From IMG/VR virus record IMGVR_UViG_3300042993_000002: a DNA stretch of 64,000 bases; one strand, written 5' to 3'. The notes below the pieces were generated by a model. It did not search any database, was not told the origin of the DNA, and saw only the letters and a program-made list of their open reading frames with translations. Shown here piece after piece: positions 19,204 through 27,847 of this stretch (the stretch's first letter is position 1; every line of letters starts with the position of its first letter). Both the position numbers and the translations under genes were made by a program. The stretch is from an uncultured virus (IMG/VR IMGVR_UViG_3300042993_000002) (taxonomy: Duplodnaviria > Heunggongvirae > Uroviricota > Caudoviricetes).

Positions 19204-21861
19204 TTAGTGGCAACCAGCCCACGAGCGTTCAACGATGTAACCAGCCGTCAAGTCAAGCAGGACGGGAGCTACAGGTGAATCAATCCCTTCAGGTGCAGCA
19301 TAGAACTGTCCAGCTTCGCGCACAGCGTCTGTTGCCAGTACACCCGCTCGGCAGTAGGCCACGTAGAACCCACGGTCGTTATGCGAGATATCAGACCAAA
19401 CTTCACCAGATTCAGCGAGCTTGAAGTCTTTGTACTCTTGGCAACCAGCCTTCAATTTCTTGTCAGCTTCTTTCAGAGCGTCCTTGTCATCAAATGCAGT
19501 GAAGCCAATCGATGCATAAGTGTAAGCCTTGAACTTGAACAGTGATGCCGATGCCTCTAGTTGTGCTTCGTCGTGATACGCAATCATTTGCTGACAGAAT
19601 GTTTTGCTCTTCCAGTCATCCAAGAAGAAGTCAACAGACAAGCCTTCTGCTTTCAGCTTACGATCATGCAATACCATCGCCCGTTTTGCACAGATAACAC
19701 CACCACTCTGGAACAAGCTATTCAGGATTGCGTGAGCCGAACGCGTAGGCACGCGTCTCCCATCAATACCGTAAATGAACTTCTTGCCATTCGCTTCCCA
19801 TTGTTTCTGTAGTGCATCCTTCAACATCTTGAGAGGGAATGCAGCATCCCAGAATGCTTCGAACACTTGGTTGCCGACTTCAATCGAGCTACCAATCGTC
19901 TTAGCTACCTTAGCAGCTTGAGCCCCGTATGTACAACCGTACTTAACGTTCTTCGCTGGACTCCGACCAAAGTCAGTACCAATGATCTTGCTGATAGCTT
20001 TCGCCATCATTGTGTGAACGTCGAACGGTTTCTCCAACATCAGAGATTTGCAATACGCTTTATCATCAGCATCATACATGTAGCAGTATGCCGATTCTAC
20101 TCGTGCTTCCAAGCTATCAAAGTCATACCCGATCTGGAAGTAGCCTGTGGCGACTCCAAACAGCTCTCTCAGCTCTTTCCCGAACAGAGAGGTAACACGA
20201 GGTACGTTGGCCACCTTACGGTGCTTAAAACGGCTTGTAGCGGCTCCACAGGTGTCTGCTGGGGTTGCGATACGACCATCAGGACGTACACCAGCCATGT
20301 AACCCTTTTCTGGTTCTTCGTCTGGGTCTTCCCAGTCTTGACCACCACCAAGAATACTGTTGCGACGATGCTTGAACGTCAGGTATTCAACGATATCCTT
20401 TGTGAAAGGGAACTGCTCAGTGATACGTTCCAAGTCAGGGCACATTTCCTTGTCAGCCCCAACAGTGAAGCTTGGGTTAGACAAGACTTTCAGTCCTTGA
20501 CGTTCAGCCCGTTTCAGCATCTGACGACGTACAAAGTCTTTGCTGCTCTTAGGCGTAACACCCAAGCCTTCTAGATGTTCCAATCGGTGATTCTTAAACG
20601 CACTATCGAATGTTTCATCGATGTAACGGTTAATCTTGATCAGAAGCTTCTCGGCATCCAGCTTAACCTTTTTGTCATCAACCGTCAAATCCTTTTCTTT
20701 GTACTCGTTTGGATGCCAACCCAAACTCACCAGCCAGTTTTTGATGTGGGTTGTGTTCCCAATCTCAGCAGGCATGGTTGTCTTGAGCGGGACACCTTCA
20801 GCCAAAGGCAGATCGTATTCTTTACCGAACATTGTAAGCTTACGGCCATCCACAACACCTTCATACTTCGCAACGAATTTCTCCATATGCGAGGACAGTT
20901 CACCATTTTTCTTGAACTGATTCTTTGGTGGTGTGTAGTCACCCATGAACTTCTTGGTTGCAGGTCGTGGAGGCAGCAGCGGTTCAACTTTCACCCGTCG
21001 CTCTTCCATCATTGCGTCCAGCTTCGTCAGAGCAGCCTCGGCCTTCTTCATATCAAACCAGAAGCCACGGTGTTCCTGTCGAGTGATCAGCTCAGCTACT
21101 GCGTGTTCCAGCTTCAATGCAGAAGCCCACTTCTGAAACTCGTGCATGCTATCCAAGCCATACGTTTCAATCAGCATGTTGTATACTTCTGTGTTCGCCT
21201 TTACGTCGAAGATACAGTAGTACAGCATGTCAGCCGCGAAGTGTTTGAATCGTTCGCTTACATGGACCTCTTTACGGAACTTGAATTTCTCAGATGTACC
21301 ACCAGCCGCCAGTTTATCCAGCGAGTGACCACCGTATCGATCTGGGTTCAGGCACTTGGATACAACCAGTGTGTCAAAGATCGATAGAGGCTTTCCAGCC
21401 CACTTATCCTTTGTCCACGTTGTTAGTCCGCCATCTTTGATTTCATCGCCAATGCTGTAATCAAAACCGTACACGGCTTTCATTGCCAACAAGTCATAAC
21501 TGATTTGGTTGTGTGCTACCAGTCGATTGAACGTTGTGTTCTGAATGAAGCCTTTCAGTTCAGACATTGGCCGATGGGTATATTCCACCGGCTCATAGCC
21601 TTCAGCGAGAGTGTATACGCAGCCTTCAATCGTTTCAGAATGCTCACGACCATCGAACTCATACTTCTCGCCATCGTGGAACGCAACAATCTCACCACTC
21701 ACGTGGTTCTGAAATACTACACAGTGTGTGCTATAAGACGGAAGCAGCTTGTACGGAGACGCTTGATAATCAATCGTTTCTTCGTTCAAGAGGTTGGTTG
21801 CTTCGATGTCCCATGTCCAGTCGTCGGCTTTAGCCCACGGCTTCTTTTGAAATGGAATCAT
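19204..21861 (-). CDS. family A DNA polymerase with 3'-5' exonuclease
   Basis: DIE/HN..YD exo motifs; GYDFDSLEAR, R..AK...YG..YG, YHDE. Confidence 0.95.
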   Translation of the reverse strand: MIPFQKKPWAKADDWTWDIEATNLLNEETIDYQASPYKLLPSYSTHCVVFQNHVSGEIVAFHDGEKYEFDGREHSETIEGCVYTLAEGYEPVEYTHRPMSELKGFIQNTTFNRLVAHNQISYDLLAMKAVYGFDYSIGDEIKDGGLTTWTKDKWAGKPLSIFDTLVVSKCLNPDRYGGHSLDKLAAGGTSEKFKFRKEVHVSERFKHFAADMLYYCIFDVKANTEVYNMLIETYGLDSMHEFQKWASALKLEHAVAELITRQEHRGFWFDMKKAEAALTKLDAMMEERRVKVEPLLPPRPATKKFMGDYTPPKNQFKKNGELSSHMEKFVAKYEGVVDGRKLTMFGKEYDLPLAEGVPLKTTMPAEIGNTTHIKNWLVSLGWHPNEYKEKDLTVDDKKVKLDAEKLLIKINRYIDETFDSAFKNHRLEHLEGLGVTPKSSKDFVRRQMLKRAERQGLKVLSNPSFTVGADKEMCPDLERITEQFPFTKDIVEYLTFKHRRNSILGGGQDWEDPDEEPEKGYMAGVRPDGRIATPADTCGAATSRFKHRKVANVPRVTSLFGKELRELFGVATGYFQIGYDFDSLEARVESAYCYMYDADDKAYCKSLMLEKPFDVHTMMAKAISKIIGTDFGRSPAKNVKYGCTYGAQAAKVAKTIGSSIEVGNQVFEAFWDAAFPLKMLKDALQKQWEANGKKFIYGIDGRRVPTRSAHAILNSLFQSGGVICAKRAMVLHDRKLKAEGLSVDFFLDDWKSKTFCQQMIAYHDEAQLEASASLFKFKAYTYASIGFTAFDDKDALKEADKKLKAGCQEYKDFKLAESGEVWSDISHNDRGFYVAYCRAGVLATDAVREAGQFYAAPEGIDSPVAPVLLDLTAGYIVERSWAGCH

Positions 21862-21919
21862 ATTTCCTCCTTTGAATTGATAGAAGGAGTCTATAGAAGC
21901 CCTCCTTCATTGTCAAGCC

Positions 21920-23782
21920 TTATTCGTCATCGCCAGCTTGGAAAGCTTCGTACTCGGCCTTGACGGCTGGGTTACGATCCAAGTAATCATTCAGGTCATA
22001 CAGCTTGTGCTCACGGTTGACATAGATGTAACGGCCTGCTACTGGAGCTGTGTTACCAGTCCAACGGCATTTGGTCATCTTGAGTTTGGTAACGTTTCGT
22101 TCAATCTCGTTCTCAGCTTCTTTGTTTCGTGTGAACAACAGGTTGCATGCAGCCGACTTGAAGATGGCGCTAGAGCCTTGGAAGTCTTCTTCGTGGATGT
22201 CAGCACCAGTAGAGTTAGCCTTCTGTCCACCGCTGCTCTTACGAACGTGGTTGACGTTGATGAAGGTTACGCCGTGAGACTTCACAGTCCCTTTCATGAA
22301 TCGCATGAATACAGCTTGCTCATCGATGCTCATGCCGTCCAGAATATCCTGAAGTGGGTCAAGTACAATCACCTTGCAATCACATTGAATGATAAGGCTC
22401 ATGATCATTTCTTTCAGCTCTTCAATCGAGCCATCACGATCATCAACCAAGTGCCATCTGTGCGAGCCATCTGTGTTGAAGAACAATTCATCACTGGCTT
22501 CCTGTGCTTCTGGGCTATTCAGGAACGCTACTTTGTCTTCTACACTTGGAATCAAATCAATCTTGATACCCATATGGCGAGACAGAATCTTCGTACCGTA
22601 CTGAGCACAGTCGCTTTCCAGCGAGATTACGCCGATCTTGTGTGGACTGTTGAAAATCCAGTGATACACACATTCGTCAATGATTGTCGATTTACCAGTA
22701 CCGCTGGCACTACCCAAGTTTACAATAACCCCGAGTGGAATACCACCACCCATCAGCACTTCAACTTCGTGCATAAAATCTGGCAATGGAATCTTAGGAA
22801 CGATTGCCGCTTGTCGGATTGCAGTCATCAGAGTACCAGAGCCTACAATGCCTGTTGGCGTGTAAGGTTGTGCTTTGAAGAATGCACTCACGAATTCACG
22901 AGAACGACTTACGGGCTTCTGTGCTTCGTTGTCCCAGATGTAGCAGTTTGGGTCTTTCAGGCCCATATCCATCACGTAAGCTTTACCCTTCGGCAGAGCC
23001 TTGGCAATCTTCAACGCAGCTTCCATACCGGCTTTGTCGTTGTCCATGCAGATGATCACACGCTCGAAGCGATTAAACCATGCGTACTGAGCCGCTACCT
23101 GCTTGTGGGCTCCGCTTTCACCAATAGTTGAGCTGACTACAGGGATACGTTCGAACGCCTCTTCACCGGGCTTACGTTTGCCTTCCTGATAGTCATACAA
23201 CATCTGGCTGGCAGAGAGTTGATCCAGTTCACCACCAACGATCAAGCAATACTTGTCACGTCGTTCTTTGAATCGGAATTGACCAAACAGTTCACATTCT
23301 TTACCAGTCTCACCAACTGGAGCTGGGAATGCTTTTGGAACCTTTCGACCTTTGTAACCTGTCAGGTTGTAGTCAATCGTACACGGATACAGTTGCTCGT
23401 TTACCAATCCAGTGTTCTGATCGATCCCGTGCAAGATGCCAAAGTATTTGGCTGTATCAGTTCGGATACCACGGAACCCGTAGGTTTCATGCGTATAAGT
23501 TTCTTTCATTCTTGCATGAATATCTGGATTAAACGGACTGCCCACGAAATCGTACTCCTTCTCTTCTTCTACACCATGTTCTTCGAACCATTCTTCACTT
23601 GGGATTGTGAACTCACAACTCCAACAGAAAGCCCCCTTGTGTCGCCCAACGCTGTCAGTCCCGTAGACCATCATGTTGTCGCCGCTATTGTCTCCACCTT
23701 TCTCACGACATTTCGGGCAGGCTATTTTGCCACCATGAAAAAGGTCAATGTCATACTTCTCAGCCAATTGTAACGGATTCAT
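21920..23782 (-). CDS. primase-helicase (Zn-finger, TOPRIM, SF4 helicase)
   Basis: CPKC...CWSC, GELD, DNDKAG, Walker A SGTGKST, VLDPL, HVRK. Confidence 0.93.
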   Translation of the reverse strand: MNPLQLAEKYDIDLFHGGKIACPKCREKGGDNSGDNMMVYGTDSVGRHKGAFCWSCEFTIPSEEWFEEHGVEEEKEYDFVGSPFNPDIHARMKETYTHETYGFRGIRTDTAKYFGILHGIDQNTGLVNEQLYPCTIDYNLTGYKGRKVPKAFPAPVGETGKECELFGQFRFKERRDKYCLIVGGELDQLSASQMLYDYQEGKRKPGEEAFERIPVVSSTIGESGAHKQVAAQYAWFNRFERVIICMDNDKAGMEAALKIAKALPKGKAYVMDMGLKDPNCYIWDNEAQKPVSRSREFVSAFFKAQPYTPTGIVGSGTLMTAIRQAAIVPKIPLPDFMHEVEVLMGGGIPLGVIVNLGSASGTGKSTIIDECVYHWIFNSPHKIGVISLESDCAQYGTKILSRHMGIKIDLIPSVEDKVAFLNSPEAQEASDELFFNTDGSHRWHLVDDRDGSIEELKEMIMSLIIQCDCKVIVLDPLQDILDGMSIDEQAVFMRFMKGTVKSHGVTFINVNHVRKSSGGQKANSTGADIHEEDFQGSSAIFKSAACNLLFTRNKEAENEIERNVTKLKMTKCRWTGNTAPVAGRYIYVNREHKLYDLNDYLDRNPAVKAEYEAFQAGDDE

Positions 23783-23790
23783 TGTTTACC

Positions 23791-24129
23791 TCATACTGCT
23801 ACTGCAAACACCTCAGTTTCCTTGGCAGGAGTTTGTCCTGCTGCTGGTGATCCACCTTGTGGTGGCGTTGGACCTTTTGGCGGTTTCGGCCCATCCTTTG
23901 GTGGCTCTGGTTTATCCAGAGCTTTCATGCGATGGTACAGCCAAGTGTACCGATCACGATCTTCTTGCGAGAGAGGCACACCGATGCGTACTTCTCCTGT
24001 TGCAATGTCCTTGTGCATCGAAAACTGATCAAACCCTTCGGATGTTACGAAGTCAAACGCGGCTCCAATGTTGGGAGCGACAGCCATGAGCGTGTGACAT
24101 TTCAGTCGGAACCGCGATTGATCAAGCAT
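23791..24129 (-). CDS. hypothetical protein, Pro-rich C-terminus
   Basis: 112-aa ORF. Confidence 0.6.
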   Translation of the reverse strand: MLDQSRFRLKCHTLMAVAPNIGAAFDFVTSEGFDQFSMHKDIATGEVRIGVPLSQEDRDRYTWLYHRMKALDKPEPPKDGPKPPKGPTPPQGGSPAAGQTPAKETEVFAVAV

Positions 24130-24310
24130 GGCTTTTAACCTCTGTGATAATCAAGGCACTAACCGAATAACCACCTTCGTTGTAGAAATCAATGATGTCT
24201 TTCTGTGCGGACTTGGCCTGATCCATATGGTCAAAGCCAAGCTGGAAGGTGTTCATTGCAATCCCTTCGCGGTAAGTCTTACGGATTGTTACAGTCAATA
24301 CAGCACTCAT
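24122..24310 (-). CDS. hypothetical protein
   Basis: coupled ORF. Confidence 0.6.
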   Translation of the reverse strand: MSAVLTVTIRKTYREGIAMNTFQLGFDHMDQAKSAQKDIIDFYNEGGYSVSALIITEVKSHA

Positions 24311-24504
24311 TCGACCACCTCCAGTTCACTTTCCAACAACGCCCAATCGCGCTTACCATCTACCTCATGGTCAAGGTCTACGATGTAACAATTACTACCG
24401 ACGATGCTGCGAATGACCCCTTGAACACCGGGAGCCATCTGATCATCATCTGACATTGTGTCGTACATATTGGCTTTGAGCTTAACACGATCACCAATTT
24501 TCAT
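24307..24504 (-). CDS. small SH3-like hypothetical protein
   Basis: MKIGDRVK...G.I...Y.V...ELE. Confidence 0.65.
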   Translation of the reverse strand: MKIGDRVKLKANMYDTMSDDDQMAPGVQGVIRSIVGSNCYIVDLDHEVDGKRDWALLESELEVVE

Positions 24505-24632
24505 TCTTCAATTCTCCTTTTATGTTTTTGACGACGACGATACTTCGTGCGATCAGGTTCTACCTTAGGCACGTTCACACGTCGGTTGGGACCAGCTAAT
24601 GGGTTTCTCACAGGGTTCGCTGGTTTAGACAT
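24501..24632 (-). CDS. small basic peptide (43 aa, not in ORF track)
   Basis: MSKPANPVRNPLAGPNRRVNVPKVEPDRTKYRRRQKHKRRIEE, overlaps both neighbours. Confidence 0.6.
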   Translation of the reverse strand: MSKPANPVRNPLAGPNRRVNVPKVEPDRTKYRRRQKHKRRIEE

Positions 24633-24813
24633 ATCTTACCCAAGTCTCCTGTTCCAAGTCAATATGATATTGATCTTTCTGTGTGGCAGATTCAATAATC
24701 ACTAACCACTCCTGATTGAAGATAGGCGAGGCACGTACATTGAAGTCGGCTGGCACCTTATCAGACAAGGCGTTCAAGAAATCTTGAAGCTTGCCAACGT
24801 TTGTACTACGCAT
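24625..24813 (-). CDS. hypothetical protein
   Basis: AGGAGG RBS; promoter TTGACA-N16-TAGAAT at 24844-24871. Confidence 0.65.
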   Translation of the reverse strand: MRSTNVGKLQDFLNALSDKVPADFNVRASPIFNQEWLVIIESATQKDQYHIDLEQETWVRYV

Positions 24814-24898
24814 TACATCCCTCCTTGTTGTCTTGATTTGGCAATTCTACACCGTTTCCAGTGCGTGTCAAGCGACATGTTCACATATTTTAGGCAGC

Positions 24899-24922
24899 AA
24901 AAAGCCCGCACGATGGCGGGCT
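24899..24922 (-). terminator. intrinsic terminator ending the protein+ncRNA unit
   Basis: AGCCCGC-CATCGT-GCGGGCT TTTT. Confidence 0.8.
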
Positions 24923-24931
24923 AAATGCTTC

Positions 24932-25221
24932 TGTAGACGACAGCTTGGGGCGTCATCAGGGTTGATCAGTGAACACCACGAAACCATGTATCCAAGATTT
25001 AATGATCTTTCGGCTTTCGTCGTTGCATGTTTAAAAGGTTCATTGTTGAACTTTTAGCCTTAACCGTTGAGTGCTAACCTTTGAACGTATTCATTGTATA
25101 GTTTATGCTGGATTCGAACCAGCTATAAGGACATTGAAATAGTCTTTAATCTCCGCGATTGGCTCCCCTGTTTAGGCCACAGAGGAAAAGGCCCACTGAA
25201 TTTAGACAACTCATCGCTACA
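24932..25221 (-). ncRNA. putative ~290-nt structured ncRNA with ~7-nt repeat array and T-arm
   Basis: ends pair (UGUAG-CGAU with GUCG-U-CUACA); internal hairpins; GCUGG-UUCGAAU-CCAGC; no plausible ORF. Confidence 0.65.
25009..25087 (-). repeat. degenerate heptanucleotide array (11 units)
   Basis: cgttcaa aggttag cactcaa cggttaa ggctaaa agttcaa caatgaa ccttttaa acatgcaa cgacgaa agccgaa. Confidence 0.65.
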
Positions 25222-25232
25222 AAAAGAACTGA

Positions 25233-25865
25233 TTAGATCAGTTCAATCTTGGTGGTGGCATTGACTTCAGACAGAGCGTAGTCAACTTCCAGAAGGAAGC
25301 CTTCGATATCTGCTTGCAGTTTGTCAATAACGCCTTGAAGCTTGTTGGAGTCCAGAAGCTTGGCTTCGTTAGACTTCAGGAATGGATCACGGATGGCAGC
25401 TACTTCAGCTTCATCAACCTTGCGGTCTTTGCCGACAGTAGTTTGAATCAGTTGATCCAGACGCTGGTTCACTTGAACGTTGGTGCGTTCAACTTGCTGA
25501 GTGGCTTGAGCCAGTTGCTGTCGCAGGTTTTGCAGCAGCACTTGTTCCAGTTGAATGCTGCCCTTACGCTCAATGGCTTCAGCGACAGTCATGGTGACAT
25601 CGTTGATTACGACAGTGGCAACAGAGTTGCTTTTGACGATAGCCGATTTCAGAGCTGTACGCTGAGCGATCAGACCTTGTACCGATTGCAGGTTGGCTGT
25701 CAGGATGCCAGAAGCTTCCTGCTCGCTTACGCCAGTACCATGCTTACCACCAACGAGGGTAGTAATGAAGTTTGCGTTGGAGCCGCGTTGGATACGGTCA
25801 TTCAACGATTTGACTTGAGCCAAAGCCCGAGTAATAGAAATAGTCTGTACAGATTTCTGTGTCAT
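25233..25865 (-). CDS. 210-aa long coiled-coil protein (resembles DIP1984/'septicolysin'-annotated family)
   Basis: SITRAL..K.L.DRI, LK.AI.KSN, MTVAEAI, EVDYALSE.NATT.I motifs; own promoter and RBS. Confidence 0.75.
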   Translation of the reverse strand: MTQKSVQTISITRALAQVKSLNDRIQRGSNANFITTLVGGKHGTGVSEQEASGILTANLQSVQGLIAQRTALKSAIVKSNSVATVVINDVTMTVAEAIERKGSIQLEQVLLQNLRQQLAQATQQVERTNVQVNQRLDQLIQTTVGKDRKVDEAEVAAIRDPFLKSNEAKLLDSNKLQGVIDKLQADIEGFLLEVDYALSEVNATTKIELI

Positions 25866-25898
25866 TTTGTTCTCTCCTTTGTTTGTTTCGATGTGGTC

Positions 25899-25926
25899 AT
25901 TGTAGCAGGATTTCACCTGCTGTCAA
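25899..25926 (-). promoter_or_regulatory. sigma70-type promoter with palindromic spacer
   Basis: TTGACA-GCAGGTGAAATCCTGC-TACAAT. Confidence 0.75.
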
Positions 25927-25935
25927 CCATTATTT

Positions 25936-26280
25936 TCAAGCAGTTGCACGTTCCAGTTTGGCCAGTGCTGCGTCAACATCATCCTTGTAGTAGGTCTTGC
26001 CGAAGATAATAGTCTTCGGACGAATAGGTTGCAGCTCAGCAATCACGAGCTTGTTCTCCGTGATGATACGAGTTTCTTCATTAAGATGCTCATCATAATG
26101 ATCCGAATCGTCTCCGAAATTAATCCGACCATCGTCGTAGGCGTAGATGTATGGTTTATGATCGTGTGCAACATTTTGACCGTTGATACTCCACGCGTAA
26201 CCCCGCTTGAACAGTTCTTCTTGCAGAAGACGGCTGATGGTGGCGTTAGCTACTTTGAATTTCTGATTCTTGAAAGCCAT
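25936..26280 (-). CDS. hypothetical protein
   Basis: 114-aa ORF, AGGAGG RBS. Confidence 0.7.
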   Translation of the reverse strand: MAFKNQKFKVANATISRLLQEELFKRGYAWSINGQNVAHDHKPYIYAYDDGRINFGDDSDHYDEHLNEETRIITENKLVIAELQPIRPKTIIFGKTYYKDDVDAALAKLERATA

Positions 26281-26300
26281 TTATAAATCCTCCTTTTGAA

Positions 26301-26495
26301 TTATTGGAAACTAAGCATTGCTTGCTCTAGTTCACGCACTTTACCATCATTGCTGACAGCTTGCAACACCCTTGCAGAGAAATCTTGATTTGTTTCTGAG
26401 CCACCCTGTGCAAACGTGATCCCAATTTCTTTCATCACTTCCATACGCTCTGATACACGAAGCTTGAAGAACGCATGTGCTAAATCTCGATTCAT
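26301..26495 (-). CDS. small helical protein (possible GAAD-like adaptor domain)
   Basis: 64-aa ORF; GAGG RBS. Confidence 0.55.
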   Translation of the reverse strand: MNRDLAHAFFKLRVSERMEVMKEIGITFAQGGSETNQDFSARVLQAVSNDGKVRELEQAMLSFQ

Positions 26496-26642
26496 TATTC
26501 TATCCTCATTCTAGTGATGAATTGTGTCCAGCGAATGTACGCTGCTTCTGGGCTCTTGTCAAACGAATTCAAACCAATGCCTGAACATTCCCATAAACCG
26601 TGCTTCCAGTATCTGATACGAGGCTTGTTCATCGTGGCCATG
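26495..26642 (-). CDS. hypothetical protein
   Basis: GGAGG RBS; KPRIR...WEC pattern. Confidence 0.55.
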
Positions 26643-26792
26643 CCCTCCGTGATGTGTAGTCGTGGAAACGCCTTGACCAATCGCTGTAGCCCGAGAGAGC
26701 CATCAGTGGGTGACACACTGCGTCGTGTAAGATAGCCCATAGTAACCGTTCATCTGTATTCTTGCAAGCTTTATTTGGGTCTAGTTTCATGA

Positions 26793-27026
26793 TCAGTGCC
26801 CGTAGTTGCAGCCGAGTAGCACGTAACGTCCGTCAACCTTCATACGGAACTCACGTGTGCCACAGCACGATACTGCTTTGTGGTAGTCCCGCTTCTGAAA
26901 GGCATCGTCCTCAAAGCACATACGGAAGCTATCAGCGTACTCTAGATCACTGCGTGCAACCTGATACTGAAGCTCTTCAAGACACTGAGGGTATTGGTCA
27001 AACAGTTCTCTCATTGCGTTGGTCAT
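26793..27026 (-). CDS. hypothetical phage protein
   Basis: AGGAGG RBS; CCG...GCNYGH end. Confidence 0.65.
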   Translation of the reverse strand: MTNAMRELFDQYPQCLEELQYQVARSDLEYADSFRMCFEDDAFQKRDYHKAVSCCGTREFRMKVDGRYVLLGCNYGH

Positions 27027-27218
27027 TTAGACACCTCCTTCTCTAATTTGTGTATACACCTTATAGTATAATACTATGAAAGTCAATACCTATTTAATAA
27101 TTATTTACTAATTCTCTATAAGATCAAGAGCTTTAAAAGCTTTTAGGGTACTCAGAAAATCCGATTTGTCAAGCCCTTGTGTAAAATAAATATTTCAGAT
27201 ACAAAGAAGCCCCATCAC

Positions 27219-27545
27219 CTATCGGCGTGGGGCTCTCAGCAGTCTTTCTCGAAGATCATCAATTTCACGTTTCATCCTTTTCATGTCATCATCCAGCAAG
27301 TCATAACGCTTGTTGGCTACGAACTGCTGTGTGTTCAGTTGCTCCTGCAAACTGTTGATCTTAGCTTCGTATTTGCGATCCATCGCGGCATTCTGTCGCG
27401 TATATTCTTGTTTTGCAACTTCTATTTCTAGTTGGCCTGTTTTATTATTATAGGCAGGGAAAGCCAGTAGCAGAATGCAGACAAGGAGTGCAGTCAGAAG
27501 AGCGCCGATGGCAGCCACCATAGGCCAATCTTGAGTCCTTGTCAT
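27219..27545 (-). CDS. membrane-anchored coiled-coil protein (lysis region)
   Basis: N-terminal TM plus coiled coil. Confidence 0.65.
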   Translation of the reverse strand: MTRTQDWPMVAAIGALLTALLVCILLLAFPAYNNKTGQLEIEVAKQEYTRQNAAMDRKYEAKINSLQEQLNTQQFVANKRYDLLDDDMKRMKREIDDLRERLLRAPRR

Positions 27546-27556
27546 AATAGTTCCCC

Positions 27557-27847
27557 TTATTTTCTATCAGTCTTCTCTAGTTTATCAACAATACGCATCA
27601 AGTAAGAGTTTGTAACTTCTTGAACGTTCTTGATGGCAGTGATCTTTGTGTCAAACTCAGAAGATAGTCTATTGATTGCACTATTGAGTTTGTCTTCAGT
27701 TACTGTCGTGGCTTGGAGTGTGTAAAGTCTGTCGTCGAGCTTTCCAATTTGGGATTGTTGATATCCAACAACACCCACACAAACCATCAACAGGGCTCCA
27801 GCAACATAACTGAGAACACCCTTCACCATATCATTTGTTGTTGCCAT
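27557..27847 (-). CDS. single-TM membrane protein (lysis-associated)
   Basis: AGGAG RBS; TM plus coiled coil. Confidence 0.6.
   Translation of the reverse strand: MATTNDMVKGVLSYVAGALLMVCVGVVGYQQSQIGKLDDRLYTLQATTVTEDKLNSAINRLSSEFDTKITAIKNVQEVTNSYLMRIVDKLEKTDRK

Noticed and set aside
7949..23782. Introns or inteins in nrdA, nrdB, polymerase or helicase
   Set aside because: The ORFs are continuous, of ordinary length, and show no intein motifs.
25009..25087. CRISPR or mini-CRISPR array
   Set aside because: Units are 7-8 nt with no repeat-spacer alternation, and no cas genes are present.
25095..25175. tRNA gene around the isolated T-arm
   Set aside because: No acceptor stem, anticodon arm or CCA could be formed.
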